Below, piece by piece: positions 55,559-64,000 of a DNA stretch of 64,000 nucleotides. Position numbers and translations under genes: made by a program. The number at the start of each line of letters is the position of its first letter. Position 1 is the stretch's first letter. The DNA comes from Candidatus Kapaibacterium sp. (GTDB taxonomy: Bacteria; Bacteroidota; Ignavibacteria; Kapaibacteriales; Kapaibacteriaceae), in the NCBI GenBank assembly GCA_018883125.1, contig VEQR01000002.1:20023-84022 (forward strand), in the 5' to 3' direction. The notes beneath the pieces are model-generated. The model searched no databases. It was not told the DNA's origin and saw nothing but the letters and a program-made list of their open reading frames with translations.

Positions 55559-58114
55559 ATGCGTCCAATATCCACGTTCGTTATTGCCCCAAGCATTCCC
55601 GAGCCCCTTATCTGCCTCGTCGAGCTCTCCCGCAATTTCTGGTGGTGTTGGGACGTCGAAGCCACGCGTCTGTGGGCCCACATCTCACCGATGCTCTGGG
55701 AGCAGACACATCACAACCCCGTGGCACTGCTTCAGGCTGTTCCTCATGAGCGGCTTCTGGAACTTGCTTCAGAGATCGACTTCGTGCATCGTTGTCGTGA
55801 GGTGAGCGATCGATTCCGAGCCTACATGACTCACCCGTCATGGTTTGCCGAACACGCCGAAACAATGCCCTCGAGCATTGCCTATTTCTGTGCCGAGTTC
55901 GGCATACACGAGAGCTTTCAGATGTACTCCGGTGGTCTCGGCGTCCTTGCGGGTGACCACCTGAAGTCGGCCAGTGATCTTGGTCTACCCCTTCTCGGTG
56001 TTGGGCTTCTTTATCAGGAGGGATACTTCCGACAGTATCTCACCGAAAGCGGCTGGCAGAACGAGCACTATGCCGAGATGGACTTCCATGCTCTGCCGAT
56101 CCAGCGTATGAACCATCCCGATGGATCGGCGATCACGATCAGTATCGACCTCCCTGCAGGAACCTGCCACGCCAATATCTGGCGAGCTATGGTTGGCAGG
56201 GTGCCGCTGTACCTGCTCGATACAAACGTTCCAGAGAACTCCGATCCGCTCCTTCGCGACATTTCCGACAGGCTCTATGGTGGGTCGCGAGACACACGCA
56301 TCATGCAGGAGATCCTGCTCGGCGTGGGCGGCATGCGTGCCCTGCAGGCTATGGGTATTCAGCCCGATGTGTGCCACATCAACGAGGGACACGCGGCGTT
56401 CTTTCTCTTGGAGCGCACGCATCAATTCATGCACCGCTTCTCACAGAACTTCTTCGAAGCGTGGAACCTGACGAGAAGCTCAACAGCCTTCACAACACAC
56501 ACTCCAGTGCCGGCAGGCAACGAAGCATTCCCGACAGCCATCCTTGAGCCATATCTCCGTAAGTACATCGAAAATATGGGACTTTCGTGGGACGAATTCA
56601 TCGGCCTTGGAATGATAGACTCCCTGCGGCCTTCCGAAGAATTTTCCATGACGGTATTAGGCTTGCGGGGCTCAACCTTCCGCAATGGCGTCAGCAAGCT
56701 CCATGGTCAGGTAGCACGCCAGATGTGGCACTCGGTATGGAGCGCCTTCCCGGTGGACGATGTTCCGATCGCCGGACTCGTCAACGGCGTACACACGCCT
56801 ACGTGGATTGCTCCGGAGCTCGGAGTTGCCTACGACTCGGCCATGGGAACGCAATGGCGTGTTTCGCCCTGGGAGGCCGCATCCTGGGAGGGGGCTCTGA
56901 ACATCCCCGACGAAACGCTGTGGCGTGCCCATGAAATGCGCCGCCACCGCCTCGTGCGCGGTGCTCGACGTCACGTCATGTCCAAGCATCATGCGTCCCT
57001 GTCCGAACGGCAGGCCGAGATCATTGAAGAGACGCTCCGTCCCGACGCGCTCACGATTGGGTTTGCACGACGCTTTGCAACCTACAAGCGAGCAAATCTC
57101 CTCATGGCCGACATGAAGCGGCTTGCAGAGATCGCCACTCGCAGTGATCGCCCCCTTCAGTTCATTCTCGCCGGCAAAGCCCATCCGAAGGATGTGCAGG
57201 GAAAGGAGCTTATCCAGGACGTGCATCAGCAGATCCGTGCTCATGGACTCGAGCGATCATTTGTGTTCCTCGAGGATTATGACATGGACGTGGCACGACT
57301 TCTCGTGCGCGGTTGCGACGTCTGGCTCAACACCCCACGCAAGCCGCACGAGGCCTCGGGAACCTCCGGAATGAAGGCCGCAGCCAACGGCGTTCTGCAT
57401 TGTTCGATTCTTGACGGCTGGTGGGCAGAGGCGTATGACGGCACCAACGGCTGGTCTATCGGCCGGGGCGAGGTCTTTAACGACGTCGAGCAGGACGCAG
57501 CCGATGCCGCCGCACTGTATGATCTGCTGGAGTATGAAATCGCTCCCATGTTCTATCATCGGGACGAGACCGGAATTCCGCGTCAGTGGATCGACCGAAT
57601 GAAAAGGAGCATTGCCAGCAACGCATGGCGCTTTTCGTCTCACCGAATGGTCATTGACTATGCAACACAGGCCTACTCAACCGCCACTGCGCGCCATGCC
57701 ATGATGCTGCGCGATCATGGAGCTGGTGCCAAAGAATTGCATGCGTTCGAGGATCACGTGCGACACCACTGGTCCGACGTGAGCGTGGTGAATGTCGAGG
57801 TCAAGGGGCGGCACCCCGGGCATGTGGGTGAGCACCTCACGGCTAGAGCCCATGTGCATCTCGGACAGTTTTCAGCCGACAATGTCCGCGTCGAGTTGCT
57901 ACATGGCCCCATTGATGCAAAAAATGAAGTGCGTCCCCACAGTATCGTGACCATGCTGGCTGTGGGCCATGATGGCGCAGATACTATCTTTGAGGGGTCT
58001 TCAGTATGCGTTGCCAGCGGCTACCAGGGATGCACTGTTCGAGTAGTACCCTATCACCCGTTCTATGCATCACGGGCTGACGGCGGTTATGCAACATTCG
58101 CGATTCAGCAGTGA
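55559..58114 (+). CDS. glgP: Alpha-glucan phosphorylase (GT35, maltodextrin/glycogen phosphorylase-like)
   Basis: 851 aa. The N-terminal motif LSRNFWWCWD, then SGGLGVLAGDHLKSASDLGLP and the PLP-Lys region EASGTSGMKAAANG. Confidence 0.88.
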   Translation: MRPISTFVIAPSIPEPLICLVELSRNFWWCWDVEATRLWAHISPMLWEQTHHNPVALLQAVPHERLLELASEIDFVHRCREVSDRFRAYMTHPSWFAEHAETMPSSIAYFCAEFGIHESFQMYSGGLGVLAGDHLKSASDLGLPLLGVGLLYQEGYFRQYLTESGWQNEHYAEMDFHALPIQRMNHPDGSAITISIDLPAGTCHANIWRAMVGRVPLYLLDTNVPENSDPLLRDISDRLYGGSRDTRIMQEILLGVGGMRALQAMGIQPDVCHINEGHAAFFLLERTHQFMHRFSQNFFEAWNLTRSSTAFTTHTPVPAGNEAFPTAILEPYLRKYIENMGLSWDEFIGLGMIDSLRPSEEFSMTVLGLRGSTFRNGVSKLHGQVARQMWHSVWSAFPVDDVPIAGLVNGVHTPTWIAPELGVAYDSAMGTQWRVSPWEAASWEGALNIPDETLWRAHEMRRHRLVRGARRHVMSKHHASLSERQAEIIEETLRPDALTIGFARRFATYKRANLLMADMKRLAEIATRSDRPLQFILAGKAHPKDVQGKELIQDVHQQIRAHGLERSFVFLEDYDMDVARLLVRGCDVWLNTPRKPHEASGTSGMKAAANGVLHCSILDGWWAEAYDGTNGWSIGRGEVFNDVEQDAADAAALYDLLEYEIAPMFYHRDETGIPRQWIDRMKRSIASNAWRFSSHRMVIDYATQAYSTATARHAMMLRDHGAGAKELHAFEDHVRHHWSDVSVVNVEVKGRHPGHVGEHLTARAHVHLGQFSADNVRVELLHGPIDAKNEVRPHSIVTMLAVGHDGADTIFEGSSVCVASGYQGCTVRVVPYHPFYASRADGGYATFAIQQ

Positions 58115-58197
58115 AACTTTTCTGTCTCGGAACTGTTTACTCCCGAATCAGATATCCCCTTCCTACCCGACATTTTTCTCCCCGAAAGGTTTACCTC

Positions 58198-59961
58198 ATG
58201 ATCCGTCGTACTCTGATCGCCGTAGCTATCCTGCTCGGTTCCGCATCGTTCGCACTGGCGCAGCTTTCCGTTGTGACGTTTGTTCACTGCTCTCCGGAGC
58301 CATCCTTGCGGGTGGTAGATCTGTACGTTACACAGGCGGGCACGACCACGAAGATCGAGGACATTGCCTTTCAGCGTGCGAGCAACATGAATGAAGCTGC
58401 CATCTTCGGTGATCTTGAGCTGACTCTCAGCGTTGCGCCAAGCTCAAGCATCAACGCCTCTGAGGCAGTGTACCAAACGACCTTTACTCCCGGACCGGAT
58501 AAGGGGTATATGGCCATCTTCACCGGCCTTGGCAAACCTGCGGACTACGTTGCGAATCCGAATGGTAAGTCGATCGGATATGCGATCACATCGTACGAAG
58601 TCCCCAATAGCAACAGCGACCCAACGAAGACGGCCGTCTATTTCTTCAATGGATCATCCGATCTCGAAGCTGGTGATATTCTTGCACGTGGTGTTTCTAA
58701 GCCCCTTGCCTCCAGCGTTGGCTTTCTTGATCGCAGCACCACGGCGTCGATCCTTGATCGCAAGGCAACGACGATCGATTTCACGAAGGTTGGCGACGCA
58801 AAGAAGCTCCTCGCATCGTTCAGCGTTGATCTTGGGTCGATGGGCAGCAACATTCTTGTAAGCGTGATCAGTGGCTTTAAGACACCGGGCGACAATGCGA
58901 AGAGCCTCGACACCCTATGCCTGCTGAACGTGCTCGAGGATGGACGTGTTTTGCGTTCGCCACTTATCAGCGGCTCACAGACTAGTCGCGTGCAGATTGT
59001 ACACGCTGCTGCAGATCCGGCCTTTGCCGTGGTGGACCTCTATGTGAACGGTACCAAGGCATTCGACAACGTATCATTCCGGAAGGCTTCGGCCTTCGTC
59101 GATGTGCCGGCAAACACTCCGCTTGTGATCGGCATTGCTCCCGGCACATCCAGTGCCTACAAGGACACACTCACAACAGTAACGCTCACCCCTCTTCGTC
59201 CAACGCGTGCTTACTCGATTGTTGCACTCGGCGTTAGCGACACGTTGAAGTTCGCCAAGAATCCGCAAGGTGTCGACCCCCGTTTCAAGTTGATGGTGTA
59301 CGAAGGTGCTCTTGAAAAAAATGGTACCACGAAAACAGGTGTGCGCACTCTGCATGCCGTCACCGATGCTCCAAACGTTTCGTTTGCAAGCTCAACGGTT
59401 TCGTATGCCAATAAGGTCGGCTACGGTGACATGACGACGTCCTACGTCGAAACTGAGCCGGCTACCGATACCGTCTGGATGAGTGATGCCGAAGGCAAGA
59501 AGCTTAAGGGGTATCTCTGCGATTTCCGCGGGGCAGCACGGGCAACGATCATGATCGCTACCGGCTTTCTCGATCCATCGAAAAACTCCAATGGTCCGGG
59601 GCTGTCTGTGATCCTCGTCGATGCAAGCGGCAACGTGAACGCGAGTGTCATCTCCATTGATCCTGATGTGACATCGGTCAAGGAAGACGCACTCCTTGCC
59701 TCTGGATGGAGCGTTAGTCCGAACCCGACGTCGGACGTTGTACGATTTGTTGTTGCCTCCGCAACGCAGTCGGCAAGCCTCTCCTACGATGTCGTGGATA
59801 TTGCTGGACGGGTTCTGCTCAGCGGAATACTCCCGGCTCAGGACTCAGGATTTGGGGCATCGATCAACGTCTCAACGCTGGCTCAGGGCTCGTATCGCAT
59901 CATCGCCCGCACGGATTCGGGATTGGTTCTTGGCTCCATGGGGCTGAGCATATCGCGTTGA
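58198..59961 (+). CDS. DUF4397 repeat protein with a T9SS C-terminal domain
   Basis: The ATG at 58198 gives MIRRTLIAVAILLGSASFALAQ. Segments such as VQIVHAAADPAFAVVDLYVNG, VTFVHCSPEPSLRVVDLYV and RTLHAVTDAPNVSF recur. The sorting tail reads VSPNPTSDVV...GSYRIIARTDSG...LSISR. Confidence 0.72.
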   Translation: MIRRTLIAVAILLGSASFALAQLSVVTFVHCSPEPSLRVVDLYVTQAGTTTKIEDIAFQRASNMNEAAIFGDLELTLSVAPSSSINASEAVYQTTFTPGPDKGYMAIFTGLGKPADYVANPNGKSIGYAITSYEVPNSNSDPTKTAVYFFNGSSDLEAGDILARGVSKPLASSVGFLDRSTTASILDRKATTIDFTKVGDAKKLLASFSVDLGSMGSNILVSVISGFKTPGDNAKSLDTLCLLNVLEDGRVLRSPLISGSQTSRVQIVHAAADPAFAVVDLYVNGTKAFDNVSFRKASAFVDVPANTPLVIGIAPGTSSAYKDTLTTVTLTPLRPTRAYSIVALGVSDTLKFAKNPQGVDPRFKLMVYEGALEKNGTTKTGVRTLHAVTDAPNVSFASSTVSYANKVGYGDMTTSYVETEPATDTVWMSDAEGKKLKGYLCDFRGAARATIMIATGFLDPSKNSNGPGLSVILVDASGNVNASVISIDPDVTSVKEDALLASGWSVSPNPTSDVVRFVVASATQSASLSYDVVDIAGRVLLSGILPAQDSGFGASINVSTLAQGSYRIIARTDSGLVLGSMGLSISR

Positions 59962-59965
59962 TTCG

Positions 59966-59973
59966 TATCTTTG
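59966..59973 (+). promoter_or_regulatory. Candidate -7 box TATCTTTG upstream of ffh
   Basis: It is an exact match to TAnnTTTG, 20 nt before the ffh ATG at 59993. Confidence 0.3.
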
Positions 59974-59992
59974 CGGTCTTCAAAAAACCGCA

Positions 59993-61336
59993 ATGTTTGA
60001 ATCCCTAAGCGACAAACTCGATTTCGCCTTAAAGGCGATCCGCGGTCAGCACAAGCTGACCGAAGACAACGTCAATGAAGCACTGACGGAGGTGCGCCGT
60101 GCACTTCTTGATGCCGATGTCAACTTTGGTGTCGTCAAGAAATTCATCGACGACGTCAAGGAAAAGTCACTCGGCCTTGAAGTCAAGGGCAACGTTCTGC
60201 CCGGCCAACTCATGATCAAGCTGATCCATGACGAGCTCGTCTCGCTCATGGGTTCATCCAAGTCTGATCTCGCAGTTGCCTCGCCGGCGCCAACCATCGT
60301 TATGGTGGCTGGACTTCAGGGTTCGGGAAAGACGACTTTTTGCGGCAAGCTGGCGTATTCACTGAAGAAGAAGGGACGCCAGCCCCTTCTCGTAGCCTGC
60401 GATATCTACCGTCCGGCGGCCGTTGATCAATTGAAAATGCTCGGTCAGAGCATGTCTCTTCCGGTGTTTTCGAAGGAAGGGGCCAAGCCTGCCGAGATCG
60501 CTGCTGAAGCTCTTGCCTACGCGAAGAAGTATGGTCGGGATACGGTGATCGTTGACACAGCGGGACGCCTGACCATCGATGAAGAGATGATGCAGGAGGT
60601 TGCCGACCTTCGTGAGCTTCTCAAGCCACACGAGATCCTGTTCGTCTGCGATGCCATGACGGGACAAGACGCAGTGAACACGGCACAGGCGTTTCATGAT
60701 CGTCTGGAGCTGTCGGGCGTTGTCCTGACGAAGCTCGATGGCGATACACGTGGCGGTGCTGCTCTCTCGATCCGTGCCGTTCTGGGTAAGCCGATCAAGT
60801 ACGTCGGTATTGGTGAGAAGATCGATCAGCTCGAGCCGTTTTATCCCGAGCGGATCGCCTCGCGGATCCTCGGCATGGGTGACATCGTTACGCTCGTCGA
60901 AAAGGCTCAGGCGCAGATCGATGAAAAGGAAGCCGAGCGTCTCGAGGAGAAGCTCAAGAAAAACGAGTTCTCATTCGAGGACTTTCTTGATCAGATGAAG
61001 CTCATCAAGAAGATGGGTTCCCTGCGTGACCTGCTCGGCATGCTTCCGGGCGTGGACAAGGCGCTGCGCGGCGTTCAGATCGATGACAAGGCATTTGGAC
61101 GGGTCGAAGCGATCATCCTGTCGATGACGCGTGAGGAACGTCAGAATCCACGTTTGCTCAACGGTAGCCGCCGCAAGCGGATCGCCTCGGGTAGCGGAAC
61201 GTCGATCCAGGACGTAAACCGACTGATCAAGCAATTTGAAGACATGCAAAAGATGATGCGAAACATGACCAAAGGGAAGATGGCGAACATGATGGGCAAC
61301 CGCATGCCGAACCTTCCCACGGGAATGCGTCGCTGA
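59993..61336 (+). CDS. ffh: Signal recognition particle protein Ffh
   Basis: 447 aa. The motifs GLQGSGKTT, DTAGR and TKLDGDTRGGAALS are present, and the M-domain is Met-rich (MQKMMRNMTKGKMANMMGNRM). Confidence 0.95.
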   Translation: MFESLSDKLDFALKAIRGQHKLTEDNVNEALTEVRRALLDADVNFGVVKKFIDDVKEKSLGLEVKGNVLPGQLMIKLIHDELVSLMGSSKSDLAVASPAPTIVMVAGLQGSGKTTFCGKLAYSLKKKGRQPLLVACDIYRPAAVDQLKMLGQSMSLPVFSKEGAKPAEIAAEALAYAKKYGRDTVIVDTAGRLTIDEEMMQEVADLRELLKPHEILFVCDAMTGQDAVNTAQAFHDRLELSGVVLTKLDGDTRGGAALSIRAVLGKPIKYVGIGEKIDQLEPFYPERIASRILGMGDIVTLVEKAQAQIDEKEAERLEEKLKKNEFSFEDFLDQMKLIKKMGSLRDLLGMLPGVDKALRGVQIDDKAFGRVEAIILSMTREERQNPRLLNGSRRKRIASGSGTSIQDVNRLIKQFEDMQKMMRNMTKGKMANMMGNRMPNLPTGMRR

Positions 61337-61372
61337 CCCATTTTCACTAACATTCTCTGAACTGGAGAAACC

Positions 61373-61816
61373 ATGGTAAAACTCCGCTTGCGTCGCCGCG
61401 GTCGTAAGAAGCACCCCTTCTACGATATCGTTGCGATCGACGGACGCGACCGTCGTGACGGCGCTTCGATCGAACGGATCGGGTACATTGACCCGATGAC
61501 AACCCCCAAGAGCGTTGTTCTGGAAACAGAACGCGCCCTGTACTGGCTCTCGGTGGGAGCCCAACCAACGGACGTTGTCCGTGAGATCCTCAGCCGTGAG
61601 GGCGTCCTGCTTCGCCGGCACCTCGGTTTCAAGGGGGCTACCCCGGAAGAAATCGATGCCGCTGTTGCCAAGCACAAGGATGTGGCTTTATCGCGCTACA
61701 CGCGCCTGAAGCAGCGTCGTGCCGATCGTGCCAAGGCCAAGGCCGAAGCCGCCAAGGCACCTGTTGTTGAAGCAGCTCCCGCTGCTGAGGCACCGCAAGA
61801 AGCCGCAGCCGAATAA
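61373..61816 (+). CDS. rpsP: 30S ribosomal protein S16 with an Ala/Lys/Glu-rich C-terminal extension
   Basis: The start MVKLRLRRRGRKKHPFYDIVAIDGR is typical of S16. A tail of ~60 aa is added (RRADRAKAKAEAAKAPVVEAAPAAEAPQEAAAE). GGAGA lies 5 nt upstream of the ATG. Confidence 0.92.
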   Translation: MVKLRLRRRGRKKHPFYDIVAIDGRDRRDGASIERIGYIDPMTTPKSVVLETERALYWLSVGAQPTDVVREILSREGVLLRRHLGFKGATPEEIDAAVAKHKDVALSRYTRLKQRRADRAKAKAEAAKAPVVEAAPAAEAPQEAAAE

Positions 61817-61837
61817 GTATCTCGTCAATGAACTTCC

Positions 61838-61875
61838 AAAGCGCGGTCATCGTTCATCGGTGACCGCGCTTTTTC
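61838..61875 (+). terminator. Rho-independent terminator after rpsP
   Basis: The sequence is aaagcgcggtca-tcgttcatcgg-tgaccgcgcttttt, a GC-rich 9-12 bp stem followed by a T run, 22 nt after the stop. Confidence 0.8.
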
Positions 61876-61900
61876 GTCAACACCATATTCTGCATCAACC

Positions 61901-62353
61901 ATGTTTGACCCGTCACTGGCTGCAGTCTATGAGCCTCAACATCGGCTCTTCGGACGCCTTATCCGGCTATGTTTTTCGTTTGCCGGATGCTACTGGATAT
62001 TGATCTACGGCATGCAGTGGCGCTCGATGGTTGACCACGACCAGCTTCGAGAGCTGCGGTCAGGACAGACCCTGATCTATTTTATCCTGCTATCGCTCTG
62101 GGGCATCGAGTATCTGCGTGAAGCGCGCCGACTGAAGTTGCTGATCCGACGGAGCGAAGAGCTCGGTGTTCCGGTTTCCAACGTTTCCGTGTCCAACATT
62201 TCTCATGGTACCGGAAGCTTTGCTGTACTGCACCCGATAGCCCCCTCAACAGCATCGCACTGGACATTCCCCGTGCTGAATGCGGTAGGCTTGGCAGTAG
62301 CCCTCTATCTGATCGCTCAGCGGTATATCGCCGCATTAACTGCAGCACAGTAA
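61901..62353 (+). CDS. Hypothetical small membrane protein
   Basis: 150 aa with three hydrophobic segments: LIRLCFSFAGCYWILIYG, LIYFILLSLWGI and FPVLNAVGLAVALYLIAQ. No family was recognised. Confidence 0.5.
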   Translation: MFDPSLAAVYEPQHRLFGRLIRLCFSFAGCYWILIYGMQWRSMVDHDQLRELRSGQTLIYFILLSLWGIEYLREARRLKLLIRRSEELGVPVSNVSVSNISHGTGSFAVLHPIAPSTASHWTFPVLNAVGLAVALYLIAQRYIAALTAAQ

Positions 62354-62409
62354 GAGCACCTCACTGTCTGCCGTGCTAGATTTGAGCCTCTTGTTTTACG
62401 GGGCTCATC

Positions 62410-64000
62410 ATGATTCAGCACTCAGTTCTCTGGCTTCTCTGTCTTCTTACACTCGGCGTGCTCAGTACGGTGCCAGCATTCGCACGCATTGACACGATCA
62501 GAAAAGACAACGGCGTGGCAACCGCGTCAGCGCCTCTGAAGGACGGCTGGGAAGAATCAGTCATCCTCACCGTGGGCCAGCCGTGTCGGTTGAAAAAGAT
62601 CCAGATCTACTACGCATCGGGCGTCGGAACAGACCAGGTTAAGGTTACCGGTGACGCATCCGAAGGAACGATTCCTCCGTCACAGTACTGTTTCCCCTAC
62701 AACACCTTGGCAGAAGCCACCGTCACGGTATCGGGTAAGGGTTGGATAGATGTCGATATGTCCCGACACAATGTTTCCTTTGATGGCTATGATCGAATCG
62801 TGATCCAGCACGTCGTCAAAGCAAACGGTCCGATCTGGGGTCAGGATAACAACGGTCAATCACCGAGCACCTCATTTCAATACGATCCGGTAACGCCCAA
62901 CCCGAACTTCTTCAACATCGCCGGCATCTATTATCTGGCCCGAGGCGATTACATGGTCCGCCTGGTGGTCGAACTTCCCTTCGATGTGCGCCCTGCAGCC
63001 ACTATGCTCGATGCAACCTCACAGATGGGGCTCATTGGTACCGACAGCAAGCCAATCCGATCTGATCAAGTGAGCGTGGTCGACTGGAACAGCGATGGTT
63101 ATGATGATGTCTGCATCCCGGGACAGTACTTTCAGAATGATAGTGGAAGGGGCTTTAAGCGCGTACAGATGCCTTTTGCGGGCGGACCCACATCATGGGG
63201 CGACGTTGATAATGACGGCGATATGGACGTACTTGTGATACAGGGTTTTGGCAACGATCAGCTGTGGCGCAATGATGGAGGCATCACATTCACGAACGTG
63301 TCTGCCGAGAGCAAGATCGTCAACAACGCTCCCGGTGTAACGGCACTCTGGCTGGATATCGAACAGGATGGTGACCTTGACCTGTTCATTGCGAACGGAC
63401 GGAGTGAGTCAAATGGTAACGAGGTATACTTTCAGGATAGGCTATGGCGGAACGACGGCAAGATGATCTTCACGGATGTCACCACCACGTCGAAGCTCTC
63501 CCTTGGAGAGCCAGCCCCCTACTACGATACTTGGGGTGCATCGCTGTGCGACTTCAACAACGATGGGCGAACCGACATTTTTGTTGCCACCTATCGTCTA
63601 GCTCCCGATCGCCTATATCGGAACAACGGTGATGGGACGTTCACCGAAGTGTCGGCAACCACCGGGGCTATTGGCGTACCAACAACTCAGCCACAGTACT
63701 TTGGTCACGGTATGGGCTCGGAATGGGGCGATGTGAACGGCGATGGTCTTGTGGATCTGCTGGTCGGCAACCTTGGTCACCCCGACTCACGTGCTCAGTA
63801 CTCCAACCCCTCGCTTGTGCTGCGAAACACGGCTACGGCTGCCAATCCGCGCTTCACGAACTGGTATGAAATGTCAGCCGATGGAGTGCTCGACTGGCAT
63901 GGCATCAAATTCAAAGAGATGAATGCCGGCATGTGCTTGGCGGACCTCAACCACGATGGCGCACTCGACATCTGGCATGGCCAGATCTCCTACGATGCCT
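62410..64000 (+). CDS. Secreted FG-GAP/VCBS-repeat protein (CRTAC1/ASPIC-UnbV-like), 5' part; runs off the window
   Basis: This ORF is not in the ORF track because it has no stop in the window. My own translation from the ATG at 62410 gives MIQHSVLWLLCLLTLGVLSTVPAFA with no stop through 64000. Repeated motifs include VVDWNSDGYDDV, WGDVDNDGDMDVLV..NDQLWRNDGG.TFTNV, DIEQDGDLDLFIANG and CDFNNDGRTDIFVA...LYRNNGDGTFTEV. Confidence 0.8.
   Translation, partial: MIQHSVLWLLCLLTLGVLSTVPAFARIDTIRKDNGVATASAPLKDGWEESVILTVGQPCRLKKIQIYYASGVGTDQVKVTGDASEGTIPPSQYCFPYNTLAEATVTVSGKGWIDVDMSRHNVSFDGYDRIVIQHVVKANGPIWGQDNNGQSPSTSFQYDPVTPNPNFFNIAGIYYLARGDYMVRLVVELPFDVRPAATMLDATSQMGLIGTDSKPIRSDQVSVVDWNSDGYDDVCIPGQYFQNDSGRGFKRVQMPFAGGPTSWGDVDNDGDMDVLVIQGFGNDQLWRNDGGITFTNVSAESKIVNNAPGVTALWLDIEQDGDLDLFIANGRSESNGNEVYFQDRLWRNDGKMIFTDVTTTSKLSLGEPAPYYDTWGASLCDFNNDGRTDIFVATYRLAPDRLYRNNGDGTFTEVSATTGAIGVPTTQPQYFGHGMGSEWGDVNGDGLVDLLVGNLGHPDSRAQYSNPSLVLRNTATAANPRFTNWYEMSADGVLDWHGIKFKEMNAGMCLADLNHDGALDIWHGQISYDA

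Noticed and set aside
59971-59993. Small hairpin ttgcggt/accgcaa between the DUF4397 gene and ffh, considered as a terminator
   Set aside because: The stem is short, there is no T-run, and the right arm overlaps the ffh start codon. It is more likely incidental or part of the translation-initiation region.
60971-61675. 234-aa ORF on the minus strand
   Set aside because: It is antisense to ffh and rpsP, so this is a shadow ORF.
61373-61816. The S16 C-terminal Ala/Lys/Glu-rich extension considered as a novelty
   Set aside because: As far as I recall, extended S16 tails of this composition occur in several bacterial phyla, so this was not treated as unusual.
1-64000. Search for tRNA, rRNA, tmRNA, SRP RNA, riboswitches, transposases, integrases and toxin-antitoxin or defence genes
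   Set aside because: Apart from the repeat-filled 49776-50135 region, intergenic gaps are at most about 150 nt. None shows cloverleaf-like or other recognisable RNA structure. No ORF carries recombinase, nuclease or defence motifs that I could recognise by eye.

Overview
This is a very compact, GC-rich 64-kb chromosomal segment. Many neighbouring genes share ATGA, TGATG or TAATG stop/start overlaps. All calls rest on motif and architecture recognition by eye, because no searches could be run.

The organism looks like a member of the Fibrobacteres-Chlorobi-Bacteroidetes group. The evidence is at least seven proteins ending in type IX secretion (T9SS) C-terminal sorting domains, SBBP beta-propeller, DUF1573 and DUF4397 families, and some TAnnTTTG-type promoter boxes.

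Housekeeping content:
- nuoM-nuoN, pth and pdxJ
- sdhCAB
- mltG, prfC, a glgP-like phosphorylase, ffh and rpsP
- a 12-gene suf-centred operon: sufBCDSE, sufT, a split FNR-like reductase plus 2Fe-2S ferredoxin, Rrf2, sufA, SOD and a LON-N domain protein
- a tsaC-ptsH-ptsI-omp85-deoC operon
- a pirin-yceI pair

Large secreted T9SS cargo genes of 733 to 1690 aa are interspersed among these.

Main items for a second look:
1. A two-gene pair whose transmembrane motifs resemble the GldL/PorL-GldM/PorM T9SS proton motor. It has a non-canonical all-beta partner and no gldK/gldN neighbours, and it sits divergent from the 1690-aa cargo gene.
2. A recurring module in which a giant choice-of-anchor-D/cohesin-like/T9SS protein is immediately followed by a paralogous small outer-membrane barrel carrying a CC-x-YE motif.
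3. A roughly 330-bp intergenic inverted array of 8-bp microsatellite units (18 + 21 copies) that runs into the 3' end of deoC, plus a 7-bp TTGGGTT array on the other side of the pirin-yceI cassette.

No tRNA or rRNA genes, CRISPR arrays, transposases or integrases were seen.
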